Shown here: positions 37,009 to 46,271 of the stretch, in pieces
How the letters are laid out: every line of letters starts with the position of its first letter
Position numbering within the stretch: position 1 is the stretch's first letter
Source of the DNA: Rickettsiales bacterium
GTDB lineage: Bacteria > Pseudomonadota > Alphaproteobacteria > Rickettsiales > JABSSG01
Length of the DNA stretch: 64,000 nucleotides
Direction of reading: 5' to 3'
Assembly: GCA_013214525.1 (NCBI GenBank)
Contig: JABSSG010000020.1
Location: forward strand, 24,950-88,949
Made by a program: the position numbers and the translations under genes
The notes under the pieces: generated by a model
The model's input: only the letters and a program-made list of their open reading frames with translations
Databases searched by the model: none
What the model was told of the DNA's origin: nothing

Positions 37009-37635
37009 ATGGCACGAAGAAACGATCATACTAGACAAGAGATTATGGAAATGGCTGTACAGGCTGGAAAATCTATTCTTGATAAAGAAGGTACAGCAGG
37101 ATTTAGTGCACGTAAAATAGCTAGGCAAATTGGCTATACAATAGGCACTCTTTATAATGTATTTGATAATTATGCTAATTTGGCATTGCATATTAACGCA
37201 GTTACATTAGATGCTATGGCTGAATATATTACGGTTCAAGTTAGTGATTACAAAACAAAGAATTGTAACATTTATATAAAAAAACTAGCAGATGCTCATA
37301 TTGAGTTTGTACGGACTAATTACAATAGTTGGAGTGCGTTATTTGAGTTTAATTTATTTCAGGATACTTCTTTGCCTAAATGGTATACAGACAAGATTGA
37401 AAGGCTTTTTGAGTTTATAGAAGATCCTTTGCAATATATTTTAAAAGATAATGAGAAGAATATTAAGGATTCTGCGAGAATTTTATGGGCTAGCATTCAT
37501 GGTATCTGTCAATTGGGTACAACAAACAAGCTAACTATAGTAGGTGAGGGTTCTTCTGTTCAGCCATTGGTACATTCTCTCATAGATACTTATATTTTGG
37601 GTCTTCAATCTAAGAAATATACTGATCATGCATAA
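37009..37635 (+). CDS. TetR-family transcriptional regulator
   Basis: 208 aa. The N-terminal HTH region is GFSARKIARQIGYTIGTLYNVF. Its stop overlaps the next gene's start by 8 nt. Confidence 0.85.
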   Translation: MARRNDHTRQEIMEMAVQAGKSILDKEGTAGFSARKIARQIGYTIGTLYNVFDNYANLALHINAVTLDAMAEYITVQVSDYKTKNCNIYIKKLADAHIEFVRTNYNSWSALFEFNLFQDTSLPKWYTDKIERLFEFIEDPLQYILKDNEKNIKDSARILWASIHGICQLGTTNKLTIVGEGSSVQPLVHSLIDTYILGLQSKKYTDHA

Positions 37636-38950
37636 TCAGTTAAATTTATTAAAGTCTAAACGATTTTTGCCATTATTTCTCACTCAATTTTGTGGGGCAT
37701 TTAATGATAATGCATTTAAAAATGCACTTCTAATTTGGTTTACTTACGATGTTGCAGCAAAATTAGGTTTTGATGTACAAATAATGATTAATTTTGCAGC
37801 AGGGCTATTTATTTTACCTTTTTTGCTATTTTCAGCTACTGCAGGACAGATTGCTGATAAATATGAAAGGTCTAGCCTAACTCAAAAATTAAAAATCATT
37901 GAAATAATATTGCTTATTATTGGTTTTGTATGTTTCTATCTCCAAAATATATATGGATTACTAACAGTATTATTCTTTTTAGGTGCTCAATCTACATTTT
38001 TTGGTCCTATCAAATATAGTTTGTTGCCAGAGCATTTAAAAGATAATGAATTAATTGCAGGCAATGGATTAATAGGAGGAGGTACATTTCTTTCTATATT
38101 ACTGGGTACTTTATTTGGTGGTCTTGTTATACGCTTGCAGGATGGAGTGTTTTTATTATCAGGTTTTCTTATTGGTTTTGCCGTTTTAGGTTGGTTGAGT
38201 AGCTGTGCAATTCCAAAATCTTCCATAGGAGATAGAAAATTAAAAATAAATTGGCACATCATAGCAGAGATCAAAAATATCTTAAGTTATGCTCGTAAGG
38301 AATCTTCTGTATGGCTTGCTATTTTAGGTATTTCTTGGTTTTGGTTTGTTGGGGTAACATTTTTAACCCAACTTCCTCATTATACAAAAACTGTTATTAA
38401 AGGAAATGAGCATATAGTTACGTTGTTTCTTGTTGTATTTTCAATAGGAATAGGAGTTGGCTCAGTTTTATGTAATAGGTTATTGAAAGGGCAAATTAAT
38501 GGCAGATTAGTTCCTTTTGGTTCTCTTGGCATGACTATATTTATGGTTGATTTTTATTTTGCCAGCACTACTTATACAACCCCATTAATTGATTGTAATT
38601 TTGATCAATTGTGTTCTGATTTTATAGGAATTTCAAGTTTTCTTAGTATTTCGGCTAATAATTGGCGTATTATCATTGATTTATTTCTGGTTGCAATCTG
38701 TGGCGGAATTTATACAGTGCCACTTTATGCAATTATACAACATCGTTCAGATAATCGTTATTTAGCTCGTATTATAGCTGCAAGCAATTTGTTAGATTCA
38801 ATGTTTATGCTGTTAGCTAGTGCCTTTGCGATTATGCTCTATTCTTTAAATTTTGATGTAATAGACATAATTCTTATGTTGGGAATTATAAATGTTGTAG
38901 CATTTATAATTATAAGAAGGATTGTAAGAAAGAGATTGAAAGATGATTAG
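37628..38950 (+). CDS. lplT: MFS transporter, lysophospholipid transporter LplT type
   Basis: 440 aa, ~12 TM segments. The N-terminus FLPLFLTQFCGAFNDNAFKNAL resembles LplT. It sits directly upstream of, and overlapping, aas, as in the E. coli lplT-aas operon. Confidence 0.75.
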   Translation: MHNQLNLLKSKRFLPLFLTQFCGAFNDNAFKNALLIWFTYDVAAKLGFDVQIMINFAAGLFILPFLLFSATAGQIADKYERSSLTQKLKIIEIILLIIGFVCFYLQNIYGLLTVLFFLGAQSTFFGPIKYSLLPEHLKDNELIAGNGLIGGGTFLSILLGTLFGGLVIRLQDGVFLLSGFLIGFAVLGWLSSCAIPKSSIGDRKLKINWHIIAEIKNILSYARKESSVWLAILGISWFWFVGVTFLTQLPHYTKTVIKGNEHIVTLFLVVFSIGIGVGSVLCNRLLKGQINGRLVPFGSLGMTIFMVDFYFASTTYTTPLIDCNFDQLCSDFIGISSFLSISANNWRIIIDLFLVAICGGIYTVPLYAIIQHRSDNRYLARIIAASNLLDSMFMLLASAFAIMLYSLNFDVIDIILMLGIINVVAFIIIRRIVRKRLKDD

Positions 38951-41063
38951 AAGATTTTTGAAGTTTATTTTTACGAAGCTTTATAAAATAGAAATAACAG
39001 GTCTTGAAAATTATCGTAAAGCAGGGAAACCTGTAGTGATAGTTGTAAATCATTTATCGTTTTTGGATGGTATATTGATAGCATTATTTTTGCCCAAGGG
39101 GCCATTATTTGTGATCAATACTCTAATTACTAAGAAGTGGTATTGTAGAATATTGAATCTAGTAACTACTATCTTTCCGATTGATCCAATTAACTCTATG
39201 GCTTTAAGGTCAGTTATACGGGAATTAAAAAAAAATAAAAGCTGTGTTGTTTTTCCAGAAGGACGTATCACGACTACAGGTTCTCTTATGAAAATATATG
39301 AAGGGCCAGCAATGATGGCTGATAAGTCTAATGCAAAAATTTTACCTATCAGAATTGATGGTGCACAATATACTCCTTTTTCACGCTTAGAAAATAAAGT
39401 AAGAATACGATGGTTTCCAAAGATTACATTAACTGTATTAAAGCCACAAACTATAAAAATTCCTAAGGAGATTACAGGGCGTGAACGTCGTTATATAGGA
39501 GGACAAAAGCTTTACGATATTATGAGTGATATGATCTTTTATAGCTCAAATTATCATAAAACGTTATTTAAATCTTTATTAGAACAAATCCAGATTCATG
39601 GTCGTAACCACATAATTGTAGAGGATTATTTACGTGAGCCTTTAAATTATGGTCAATTACTTACTAGAGTTTTTATTTTAGGAAAAAAATTGTCAGAGCT
39701 TGCAAAAGAAGAGTATGTAGGGTTTTTATTACCTAATGTAGTAAATGCTATAGTAACATTCTTTGCGTTGCAGCTATATGGTAAGACTCCTGTTATGCTT
39801 AATTTTTCTATGGGTATAAAGAGCATACTGGATACAAATATAGCTGCAGGAGTAAAAACAATCATTACCTCACAAAAATTTGTAGATTCAAGTAATTTGC
39901 AGGAGGTAATAGGAGCTATTACTAAAGATAAGATCAAAGTTATTTATTTGGAAGATCTTGCAAAAACAATTTCTATCATCGATAAATCTGTTGGCTATAT
40001 AAATGCTATATTTGCTCATGAAGTAGTAGAAAAGGATCCAGAAAATCCAGCAGTAATATTATTTACTTCTGGTTCTGAAGGAGCACCAAAAGCTGTAGTG
40101 CTTTCCCACGCTAATATTCAGGCGAATCGATTTCAATTAGAATCTCGAATAGATTTTGGACCAAAAGATATTGTATTTAATGCCTTGCCTATTTTTCATT
40201 CTTTTGGGCTTACAGGGGGTATGTTGTTACCATTATTATCTGGAATTAAAGTTTTTTCTTATCCTACACCCCTACATTATAGAGTGATACCAGAACTTCT
40301 ATATGATACTGGTGCAACTATTATGTTTGGTACTGACACTTTTCTTACTGGATATGCTAGATTTGCCCATCCATATGATTTTTTTTCACTTCGTTATGTA
40401 TTTGCAGGTGCTGAAAAACTTAAAGAAGAAACTCGTAGATTATGGACTGATAAATATGGTGTATGCGTGTTTGAGGTTTATGGTGCTACAGAAACATCTC
40501 CTGTTCTTGCTGCTAATACTCCAATGCATAGTAAACCTGGTACTGTAGGAAGATTTTTACCAGATATTCAATATGAAATAAAAAAAGTTTCAGGAATTAA
40601 AAATGGTGGCAGACTTATTGTAAGTGGTCCTAATGTAATGAAGGGTTATTTTCTCAAAGAGAATCCTCAAAAATTAGTACCACTTAAAGGTAAATATGAT
40701 ACTGGAGATATTGTTTCAGTTGATGAAGAAGGATATGTCTCTATTTTAGGAAGAGCAAAGAGATTTGCTAAAATTGCAGGAGAAATGATACCGCTTATAT
40801 CAGTTGAACAATATATTTATAAGTTATGGCCTGAATGGCATCATGCAATATTAACTGTTCCTGATATTAAAAAAGGTGAATCACTTATTTTAGTAACAGA
40901 AAACCCTAAAGCTAAATGGGAAGATATTCGTGCTTATACTAAGGAACAAGGTATAGGGCAGTTATTATTACCTAAGGATATTAAGTTTATAGATAAAATG
41001 CCTTTATTGGGAACTGGTAAAACTGATTACATTGCCTTGCAAAAAATAATTAATAAAGAGTAG
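38943..41063 (+). CDS. aas: bifunctional 2-acylglycerophosphoethanolamine acyltransferase / acyl-ACP synthetase
   Basis: 706 aa. The N-terminal PlsC-type acyltransferase has NHLSFLDG and FPEGRIT motifs. The C-terminal adenylate-forming domain has FTSGSEGAPKAV, YGATE and TGD. Confidence 0.9.
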   Translation: MIRRFLKFIFTKLYKIEITGLENYRKAGKPVVIVVNHLSFLDGILIALFLPKGPLFVINTLITKKWYCRILNLVTTIFPIDPINSMALRSVIRELKKNKSCVVFPEGRITTTGSLMKIYEGPAMMADKSNAKILPIRIDGAQYTPFSRLENKVRIRWFPKITLTVLKPQTIKIPKEITGRERRYIGGQKLYDIMSDMIFYSSNYHKTLFKSLLEQIQIHGRNHIIVEDYLREPLNYGQLLTRVFILGKKLSELAKEEYVGFLLPNVVNAIVTFFALQLYGKTPVMLNFSMGIKSILDTNIAAGVKTIITSQKFVDSSNLQEVIGAITKDKIKVIYLEDLAKTISIIDKSVGYINAIFAHEVVEKDPENPAVILFTSGSEGAPKAVVLSHANIQANRFQLESRIDFGPKDIVFNALPIFHSFGLTGGMLLPLLSGIKVFSYPTPLHYRVIPELLYDTGATIMFGTDTFLTGYARFAHPYDFFSLRYVFAGAEKLKEETRRLWTDKYGVCVFEVYGATETSPVLAANTPMHSKPGTVGRFLPDIQYEIKKVSGIKNGGRLIVSGPNVMKGYFLKENPQKLVPLKGKYDTGDIVSVDEEGYVSILGRAKRFAKIAGEMIPLISVEQYIYKLWPEWHHAILTVPDIKKGESLILVTENPKAKWEDIRAYTKEQGIGQLLLPKDIKFIDKMPLLGTGKTDYIALQKIINKE

Positions 41064-41067
41064 AGTT

Positions 41068-41231
41068 ATACCATTTTTCGTAAATAATTGACCCTTTATC
41101 ATTTCGATCTTTATGCCATTATCATCGTTTAAAAAAGTCTTGTATAGCCATTGCTATGCAAGATTTTTGAAACTTGATTCTGTCATTAAATCTCGAACCC
41201 TAAAACATCAATTATTTACGAAAAATGGTAT
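41068..41231. repeat. 164-bp palindromic element with perfect 24-bp terminal inverted repeats (element C)
   Basis: ataccatttttcgtaaataattga (41068-41091) is the exact reverse complement of 41208-41231. The interior is an imperfect palindrome centred near tcttgtatagccattgctatgcaaga. It fills the gap between the convergent aas and 41231-42013. Confidence 0.9.
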
Positions 41232-42013
41232 TAAACTCGGTTACGAGTTTTAAGATAACGTAACATCATATATACACCTGCCGCTACAGCAAGATGTTTA
41301 AGAGTATGACCACTAATCATATTGTTTGATATTTTAAATATAATCTTATCGGAAATTTCTAATAATTTTGCTACTGCATACCAACCAATAGAGAAAAATA
41401 TATATTTTGATTGAGTATAATGAGGAGAAAATAATATAAGCATTAAAGGAATTAATATTAGAGGGATAAGTTGCACTAATACATAAGGTCTTAAATCTCC
41501 TTGCCCAGATACTTCTGTATAATACCAATAATATACTGTTCCAATGCCTGCGATAAGTAATATTGGTGATAAAGTAACTCCTAATTTTGCATCTATATAT
41601 TCCATTATCATCAATGAGAATAGAGCCATAAATGCGATTGTAATAGGTATTCTATCCCATATAATAGCAGGATCTTTAGGAGATAGATGGTAATAGCCAG
41701 AACCAAAACCTACTAGAAAAACTCCGAGAAAAAATATTTGCCATAAGAGTTTTTCTCCTTTCATAGAGAACAAGCTTCTTTTTGGGTTTGTTTTATATAT
41801 ATAATATAATCCCATCAAGCTTAAAATGATAAAAGGGATATTAGATATTACGTCGAAAAAATTTTCTAGTTCTAAAAGAATTCTGCTATCAGCAAATTTA
41901 TGATATAGCTGAGGTTGTGCTATAGGGTCAAAGCAAAACATAATCAGAGTTACAAGAAATACTACTATAGTAGCTATTTTATATTTAGTTTTGGTATCTG
42001 TGGTTTTTTTCAT
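41231..42013 (-). CDS. alkaline ceramidase-like (CREST/PAQR-type) 7-TM membrane hydrolase
   Basis: 260 aa. The motifs are DVISNIPF (N..SN..F), YYHLSP....IWDRIPI (H...D..P) and C-terminal GHTLKHL (H..KH). The family was assigned from memory. Confidence 0.55.
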   Translation of the reverse strand: MKKTTDTKTKYKIATIVVFLVTLIMFCFDPIAQPQLYHKFADSRILLELENFFDVISNIPFIILSLMGLYYIYKTNPKRSLFSMKGEKLLWQIFFLGVFLVGFGSGYYHLSPKDPAIIWDRIPITIAFMALFSLMIMEYIDAKLGVTLSPILLIAGIGTVYYWYYTEVSGQGDLRPYVLVQLIPLILIPLMLILFSPHYTQSKYIFFSIGWYAVAKLLEISDKIIFKISNNMISGHTLKHLAVAAGVYMMLRYLKTRNRV

Positions 42014-42109
42014 GTGAACCCATTATTAGGATTGTTAACTGATTCTTAGTGATTTTTTCTTAAAATAGTAAACTACAATAATGGATTAAAATAATAAATA
42101 ACTTAAATA

Positions 42110-42391
42110 ATGGCTAAGAAATCTCCTAATCTGTTTGAAGTGTTACCACGGATTAATGCAACTGTGAATGTATTAGCTCCTCAAGGGTTAACAAGGGATG
42201 GTTTGCTTAGTGTGGTTTTTCCTAATGCAGAAGCACTTTTAGAAACTAAGTTTTGGCCTAAATTTATTGAAAAATATACTATGAAATCTCCGATTACTTT
42301 ATTTAAGGGTTTTAATGTAGAATATCTTCCTAAATTGCAAAACGTGCTTCCGACTCCATTACCTGTTAAAAAATCCGGTCGTTCTAGATAG
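42110..42391 (+). CDS. hypothetical protein (ORFan)
   Basis: 93-aa ORF with an ATG start. No motif recognised. Confidence 0.4.
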   Translation: MAKKSPNLFEVLPRINATVNVLAPQGLTRDGLLSVVFPNAEALLETKFWPKFIEKYTMKSPITLFKGFNVEYLPKLQNVLPTPLPVKKSGRSR

Positions 42392-42541
42392 TTGATGTAT
42401 GTGTATCATGATTAAAAATTTCGATTTTTAAGTTTGATATGGTTTATTTTTTCTTGATATTGTTTTAAGAATTGGTAACTTGAGTTATAAAACTCTAATT
42501 GGTTGTCTATTATATCACCAATAATTGAATTTTACGAATAA

Positions 42542-44935
42542 ATGAATATTAAACTTAAAGCCGTTCTATTAGTAACTCTTACTATTTTTATTAGTTTAGG
42601 AATTTTGTTTCTGCGTGAGACTAAGTTAGGTAAGGGGCGATTCCATAGCCATGTAGATCCAGTAATTGTTCAACTAGCTCCGTCACCAATAATTATTAAT
42701 AAGGATGCTCAAAAAGATGATGCATTATATAAATTACTACTTAATAAAGAGTCAAGAAAGATTACTCTTTCGAATGTAAATTTTGATATAGAGTCTATTT
42801 TTATATTTACTCCAGCAAGTCTAAAAAATTTGTCAGTTTGTTTTTCTTTCAATAAAGAAACAAATAGAGTTGAGTTTAAAGGACATTCAAATAATTCAAA
42901 ACATCTTAAAGTGTCTGGACATTATACTCTTACTTCAAAAAATAACATAAAATATTATTTAAATATTCGAGAAGAACACAAAACATGGATAATTGATTCA
43001 GTTTATTCTCCAGCGTATAAAGATAATAAATCAGAACATCAGGAGTTAGTGACAGGTAATTTTTCAGTAGATGTACCAGACTTATTTAAAGCTTTTTATA
43101 ATGTAGATCAATCATCAGAATCACCTGTTACATTGCAGGGAAGTTTTATAAGACAAGAAAATTTTCTTGATGTAAAAAATATTTATCTAAAAGCTAAGGA
43201 TTTGGAAGCAAATATTAGTGCTACAATTAAAGGAAAAAAAATTTCTTTAGATGTAGCTGTGAATGAGATTGATCTTAATGAGGTTTCTGCTTATTTATCC
43301 AAGATGAGTATAACTAAAGTTTTATATTCAGTACTACAAAAAATATCAATATTTGATGTTAGAGGAGAACTAAACTGTAGTAGGGCTAAATTAAATGGAA
43401 TAGAGTTACGTTCTTTTTTTATGACATTTTTGAAGAATAAAAAAACGAAAAATAGCTTAGAAATTTCTAAGTTAAAATTTTCTTTTCCAAATAATGTAGT
43501 TTTTAATTCTTCTGGAAAGATTTTGCATAATAAAAGCAATATTTCTATGAAAGGTGCGTTTAATGTATCAGATTTAAACGCAAATATCTTAGCTCAAACT
43601 TTAGGTGTCAAAAGTTATTCAGGTACAAATTTAGTTTCTGTATCTTCCAATTTTGAACTGACTCCTACAAATTTAAGTTTTAAAACCCTTAAGCTGAAAG
43701 AAGGATTAACGAAGTTTATAGGGGATGTATCTTTTTCTAAAAATACCAATTCAAAAATATTGTTAGGTAATGTAGCAATAAGTGATTACGATTCTAGTAT
43801 TCGATCATTTATTCAGTCTGTGCTGTATGAAAATGCATTATTATCGAAAACTGGTCGCTTAGATTATGAGGCTTTTCTTGAGAGAGGTAGAGCGCAAAGA
43901 TCTTTAAAAGATATAACATTAACATTTCATAATATAAAAACTACTGGTGGTATAGTCAAAAAAATTTCAACAAGATATTTAGAAACACCAGAATCTATAG
44001 AATTAAAAAATTTTCAATCAGAAGATCCAGATTTTAATGTTGAAGGGAATATTAGTTTTCAATCTAAGGAAGCTACACCATATTTGGATATTAAATTTGA
44101 AGGAAGTAAGGTCAACATGGCTGTTTTTAATGATTTAATTTTTAATCCTTTTATATATCAGTTTAGTGAAAATAGAGATGATATAGTATCTGTGCCCAGA
44201 TTTAGTATAACAAAAGGAAGTGTTAGCTTAAACATAAAAGATCCAGATAAAAGAACATATCTGTCTGCGATTAATTGTAAAGCACAGTTAGATAAGCATA
44301 CTCTTACTTTGGGTAATAATTGCCTTATAAATTTATTTGATTCTGATGTAGATTTGCAAGGCACAATCAATTTAGGAAATTCTCTAGGGTATAATATCAA
44401 TTTTTCTCATAAAGATGCTAATGCAAGTAAGTTAGTGAAGTGGTTAACGGGAAGAAATCGACAAATCACAGGAGTAGGTAAAATAGATATGAAAGGGTAT
44501 GTTACTGCTTCAGGTTTTGATACAGATAAGAAGATGATGCATGTTTTAAAAGGGGTTATAGAACTGAAATCTGATCAAGTTAGTTTAACAAATATTGATG
44601 TTAAATCTCTTATTTTTAAATATGGTAAAATAAAAAATATAATTAGTAGTATAAAGAATAGTAAAACAGAATTCCATAATGTTACAGGAAAATTTGATTT
44701 AGAGGACGGTATGCTGAAATCTAAAGATTTAGTATTCATTACAAAGGATAATATCCATGGGAGAGCTAGAATTAATTATAAATTGAATGATAAAGATACA
44801 AAAGGAATTTTAAGTTTAGCGTATTTTGATAAATTGGGGAAAATTGATGGGTTTAATATAAATTTTTATGGTGATATAAGAAATTTGAACACTAAACTTG
44901 GGGCATATGCAGATACACTTAGTAAAAATAATTAG
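42542..44935 (+). CDS. AsmA-family protein (N-terminal TM anchor, long beta-rich periplasmic region)
   Basis: 797 aa with the N-terminal anchor LKAVLLVTLTIFISLGILFL. The C-terminal FHNVTGKFDLEDGMLKSKDLVFITKDNIHGRARINYKLND resembles the AsmA_2 terminal motif. Confidence 0.55.
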   Translation: MNIKLKAVLLVTLTIFISLGILFLRETKLGKGRFHSHVDPVIVQLAPSPIIINKDAQKDDALYKLLLNKESRKITLSNVNFDIESIFIFTPASLKNLSVCFSFNKETNRVEFKGHSNNSKHLKVSGHYTLTSKNNIKYYLNIREEHKTWIIDSVYSPAYKDNKSEHQELVTGNFSVDVPDLFKAFYNVDQSSESPVTLQGSFIRQENFLDVKNIYLKAKDLEANISATIKGKKISLDVAVNEIDLNEVSAYLSKMSITKVLYSVLQKISIFDVRGELNCSRAKLNGIELRSFFMTFLKNKKTKNSLEISKLKFSFPNNVVFNSSGKILHNKSNISMKGAFNVSDLNANILAQTLGVKSYSGTNLVSVSSNFELTPTNLSFKTLKLKEGLTKFIGDVSFSKNTNSKILLGNVAISDYDSSIRSFIQSVLYENALLSKTGRLDYEAFLERGRAQRSLKDITLTFHNIKTTGGIVKKISTRYLETPESIELKNFQSEDPDFNVEGNISFQSKEATPYLDIKFEGSKVNMAVFNDLIFNPFIYQFSENRDDIVSVPRFSITKGSVSLNIKDPDKRTYLSAINCKAQLDKHTLTLGNNCLINLFDSDVDLQGTINLGNSLGYNINFSHKDANASKLVKWLTGRNRQITGVGKIDMKGYVTASGFDTDKKMMHVLKGVIELKSDQVSLTNIDVKSLIFKYGKIKNIISSIKNSKTEFHNVTGKFDLEDGMLKSKDLVFITKDNIHGRARINYKLNDKDTKGILSLAYFDKLGKIDGFNINFYGDIRNLNTKLGAYADTLSKNN

Positions 44936-44937
44936 AT

Positions 44938-44988
44938 TTATACTCTTTCTGTCTTAAAATATCGTAATCTTCAAGTATGAGGAGTATA
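44938..44988. repeat. family A repeat, 51-bp mini-derivative A4
   Basis: ttctgtcttaaaatatcgtaatcttcaagtatgaggagtata differs from the right end of A1 at one position. It is preceded by tattactc, a remnant of the left TIR, and starts 2 nt after the asmA-like stop. Confidence 0.8.
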
Positions 44989-45002
44989 ATTTTTATTTGA
45001 GT

Positions 45003-45272
45003 TTAAATGCTTACAGTAGATTTTCTTTGTTTTTCTAGACTTTTCATGCAGTTGAAGTATTCAAAACTATCGGGCATATGTCCGTAACTTAAACATTGAT
45101 TGTGATCTAATGTAAGATTTATTAAAGCCTCTTCTTCTGGTAGAAATATTTTTTTTGATTTAGCTTTAGGAGCCATTAACATTCCTATGATTATTAAGCA
45201 TGTTATTACAACTAGTATTATTTTTCTTATTTTATCGCAGACGTTTAGAACTATTAATTTAAAATCAGGCAT
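45003..45272 (-). CDS. hypothetical small membrane-anchored protein
   Basis: 89-aa ORF with one TM segment (ILVVITCLIIIGMLM) and a C-terminal pair of Cys residues (CLSYGH...YFNC). Confidence 0.45.
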   Translation of the reverse strand: MPDFKLIVLNVCDKIRKIILVVITCLIIIGMLMAPKAKSKKIFLPEEEALINLTLDHNQCLSYGHMPDSFEYFNCMKSLEKQRKSTVSI

Positions 45273-45387
45273 AATATTTCTTCGTTTAATTTTATAATTA
45301 TGCTCAATTTTATTACATAAAAGTTAACAAATGCTTAATTTATTATTTTTTATTAAAAAGTATTTAAGATTTTATCTGTTATTAGCG

Positions 45388-45642
45388 TCAATATGGAATC
45401 CATGGTTTAATCATGTCTTGGGCTAAATCTCCTACAGAATTTGGAACATCTTTATATTCTGATACGAATGTATTAGCATAATGAGAATTGTAGCTTGAAT
45501 GATTGTATGAGTTATCAGGAAATAATTTTTTAAATTCCTCAGTAGATAATCTTTTTTGTATAGAAGAATTATAAGAAATAATTTTTTGACTATATCTATA
45601 AAACAAAATTATTTTTCTTTTACTTTGCTTTAGCAATTTCAT
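45388..45642 (-). CDS. hypothetical protein (weak call)
   Basis: 84-aa ORF with an ATG start. It overlaps the end of the upstream lipoprotein reading frame by 23 nt and has no recognisable motif. Confidence 0.3.
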   Translation of the reverse strand: MKLLKQSKRKIILFYRYSQKIISYNSSIQKRLSTEEFKKLFPDNSYNHSSYNSHYANTFVSEYKDVPNSVGDLAQDMIKPWIPY

Positions 45643-46155
45643 CTCCTATCTTAGAAGCTGCTACATGCATATGTGATTTTACATCTTGTGCACTAGCAAT
45701 GGCTCCTCCTAATGCCCAACTATGTTTATTGACGTCAAGATTTGCCAATAATTTCTTGGATTTACTATCTTTTACATAAACTTTCGCATCAAATTTAGAG
45801 CTACCTGCTCCAAATCCTACTAATGTACGTAGTACTGGATTGCCTTCATCATATTTAGTAATACTTCCATCGATGATTAATGCATGAGGGTTTGAAGTAG
45901 TTTTGCGTGTTACTTTGCGGAACACATTTTTGCCTTTATGTTGCTTGCTATGATATCTGCAAATCTTTTTCCTTCTGATATAATATTTGGATCATCATGT
46001 GAGGGATTAACTTCATCTTTAAAGTCATTTACAGCTACCGTATCATATTTACTAAAATCAAGATTGCTATCTGGGTTTTGAGAGTTACGTAAACTGGACG
46101 TAGTGCCACAGGCTGAAAGAAAAAGTACTAAAGCTAATATTATTAATTTTTTCAT
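45620..46155 (-). pseudogene. DUF4410-like lipoprotein, split by a frameshift at an A5 run (T5 on + strand, 45927-45931)
   Basis: 45910-46155 encodes the lipoprotein leader MKKLIILALVLFLSAC plus the domain start. 45620-45925 continues the domain (ALIIDGSITKYDEGNPVLRTLVGFGAGSSKF) but begins at GTG. Adding one A gives ...IKAKNVFRKVTRK... in a single frame. Confidence 0.65.
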
Positions 46156-46271
46156 AAGCTAAAATTTCTATTACTATATGGTTTTTAAGAAAGGGGATCG
46201 TAGTGCAAATTAAAATATTAGTCAACGTTAAGTTATATAATTTTTTTACTAATAGAGTAATGAGTATAATC

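Noticed and set aside
36496-44990. Idea that tRNA-Phe through the AsmA-like gene is a genomic island bounded by repeats
   Set aside because: There is no integrase, transposase or phage gene. Composition does not visibly differ from the rest of the window. The duplicated tRNA segments are 5' halves on the 5' side of the tRNA, not the 3'-end direct repeats expected for tRNA-targeted islands.
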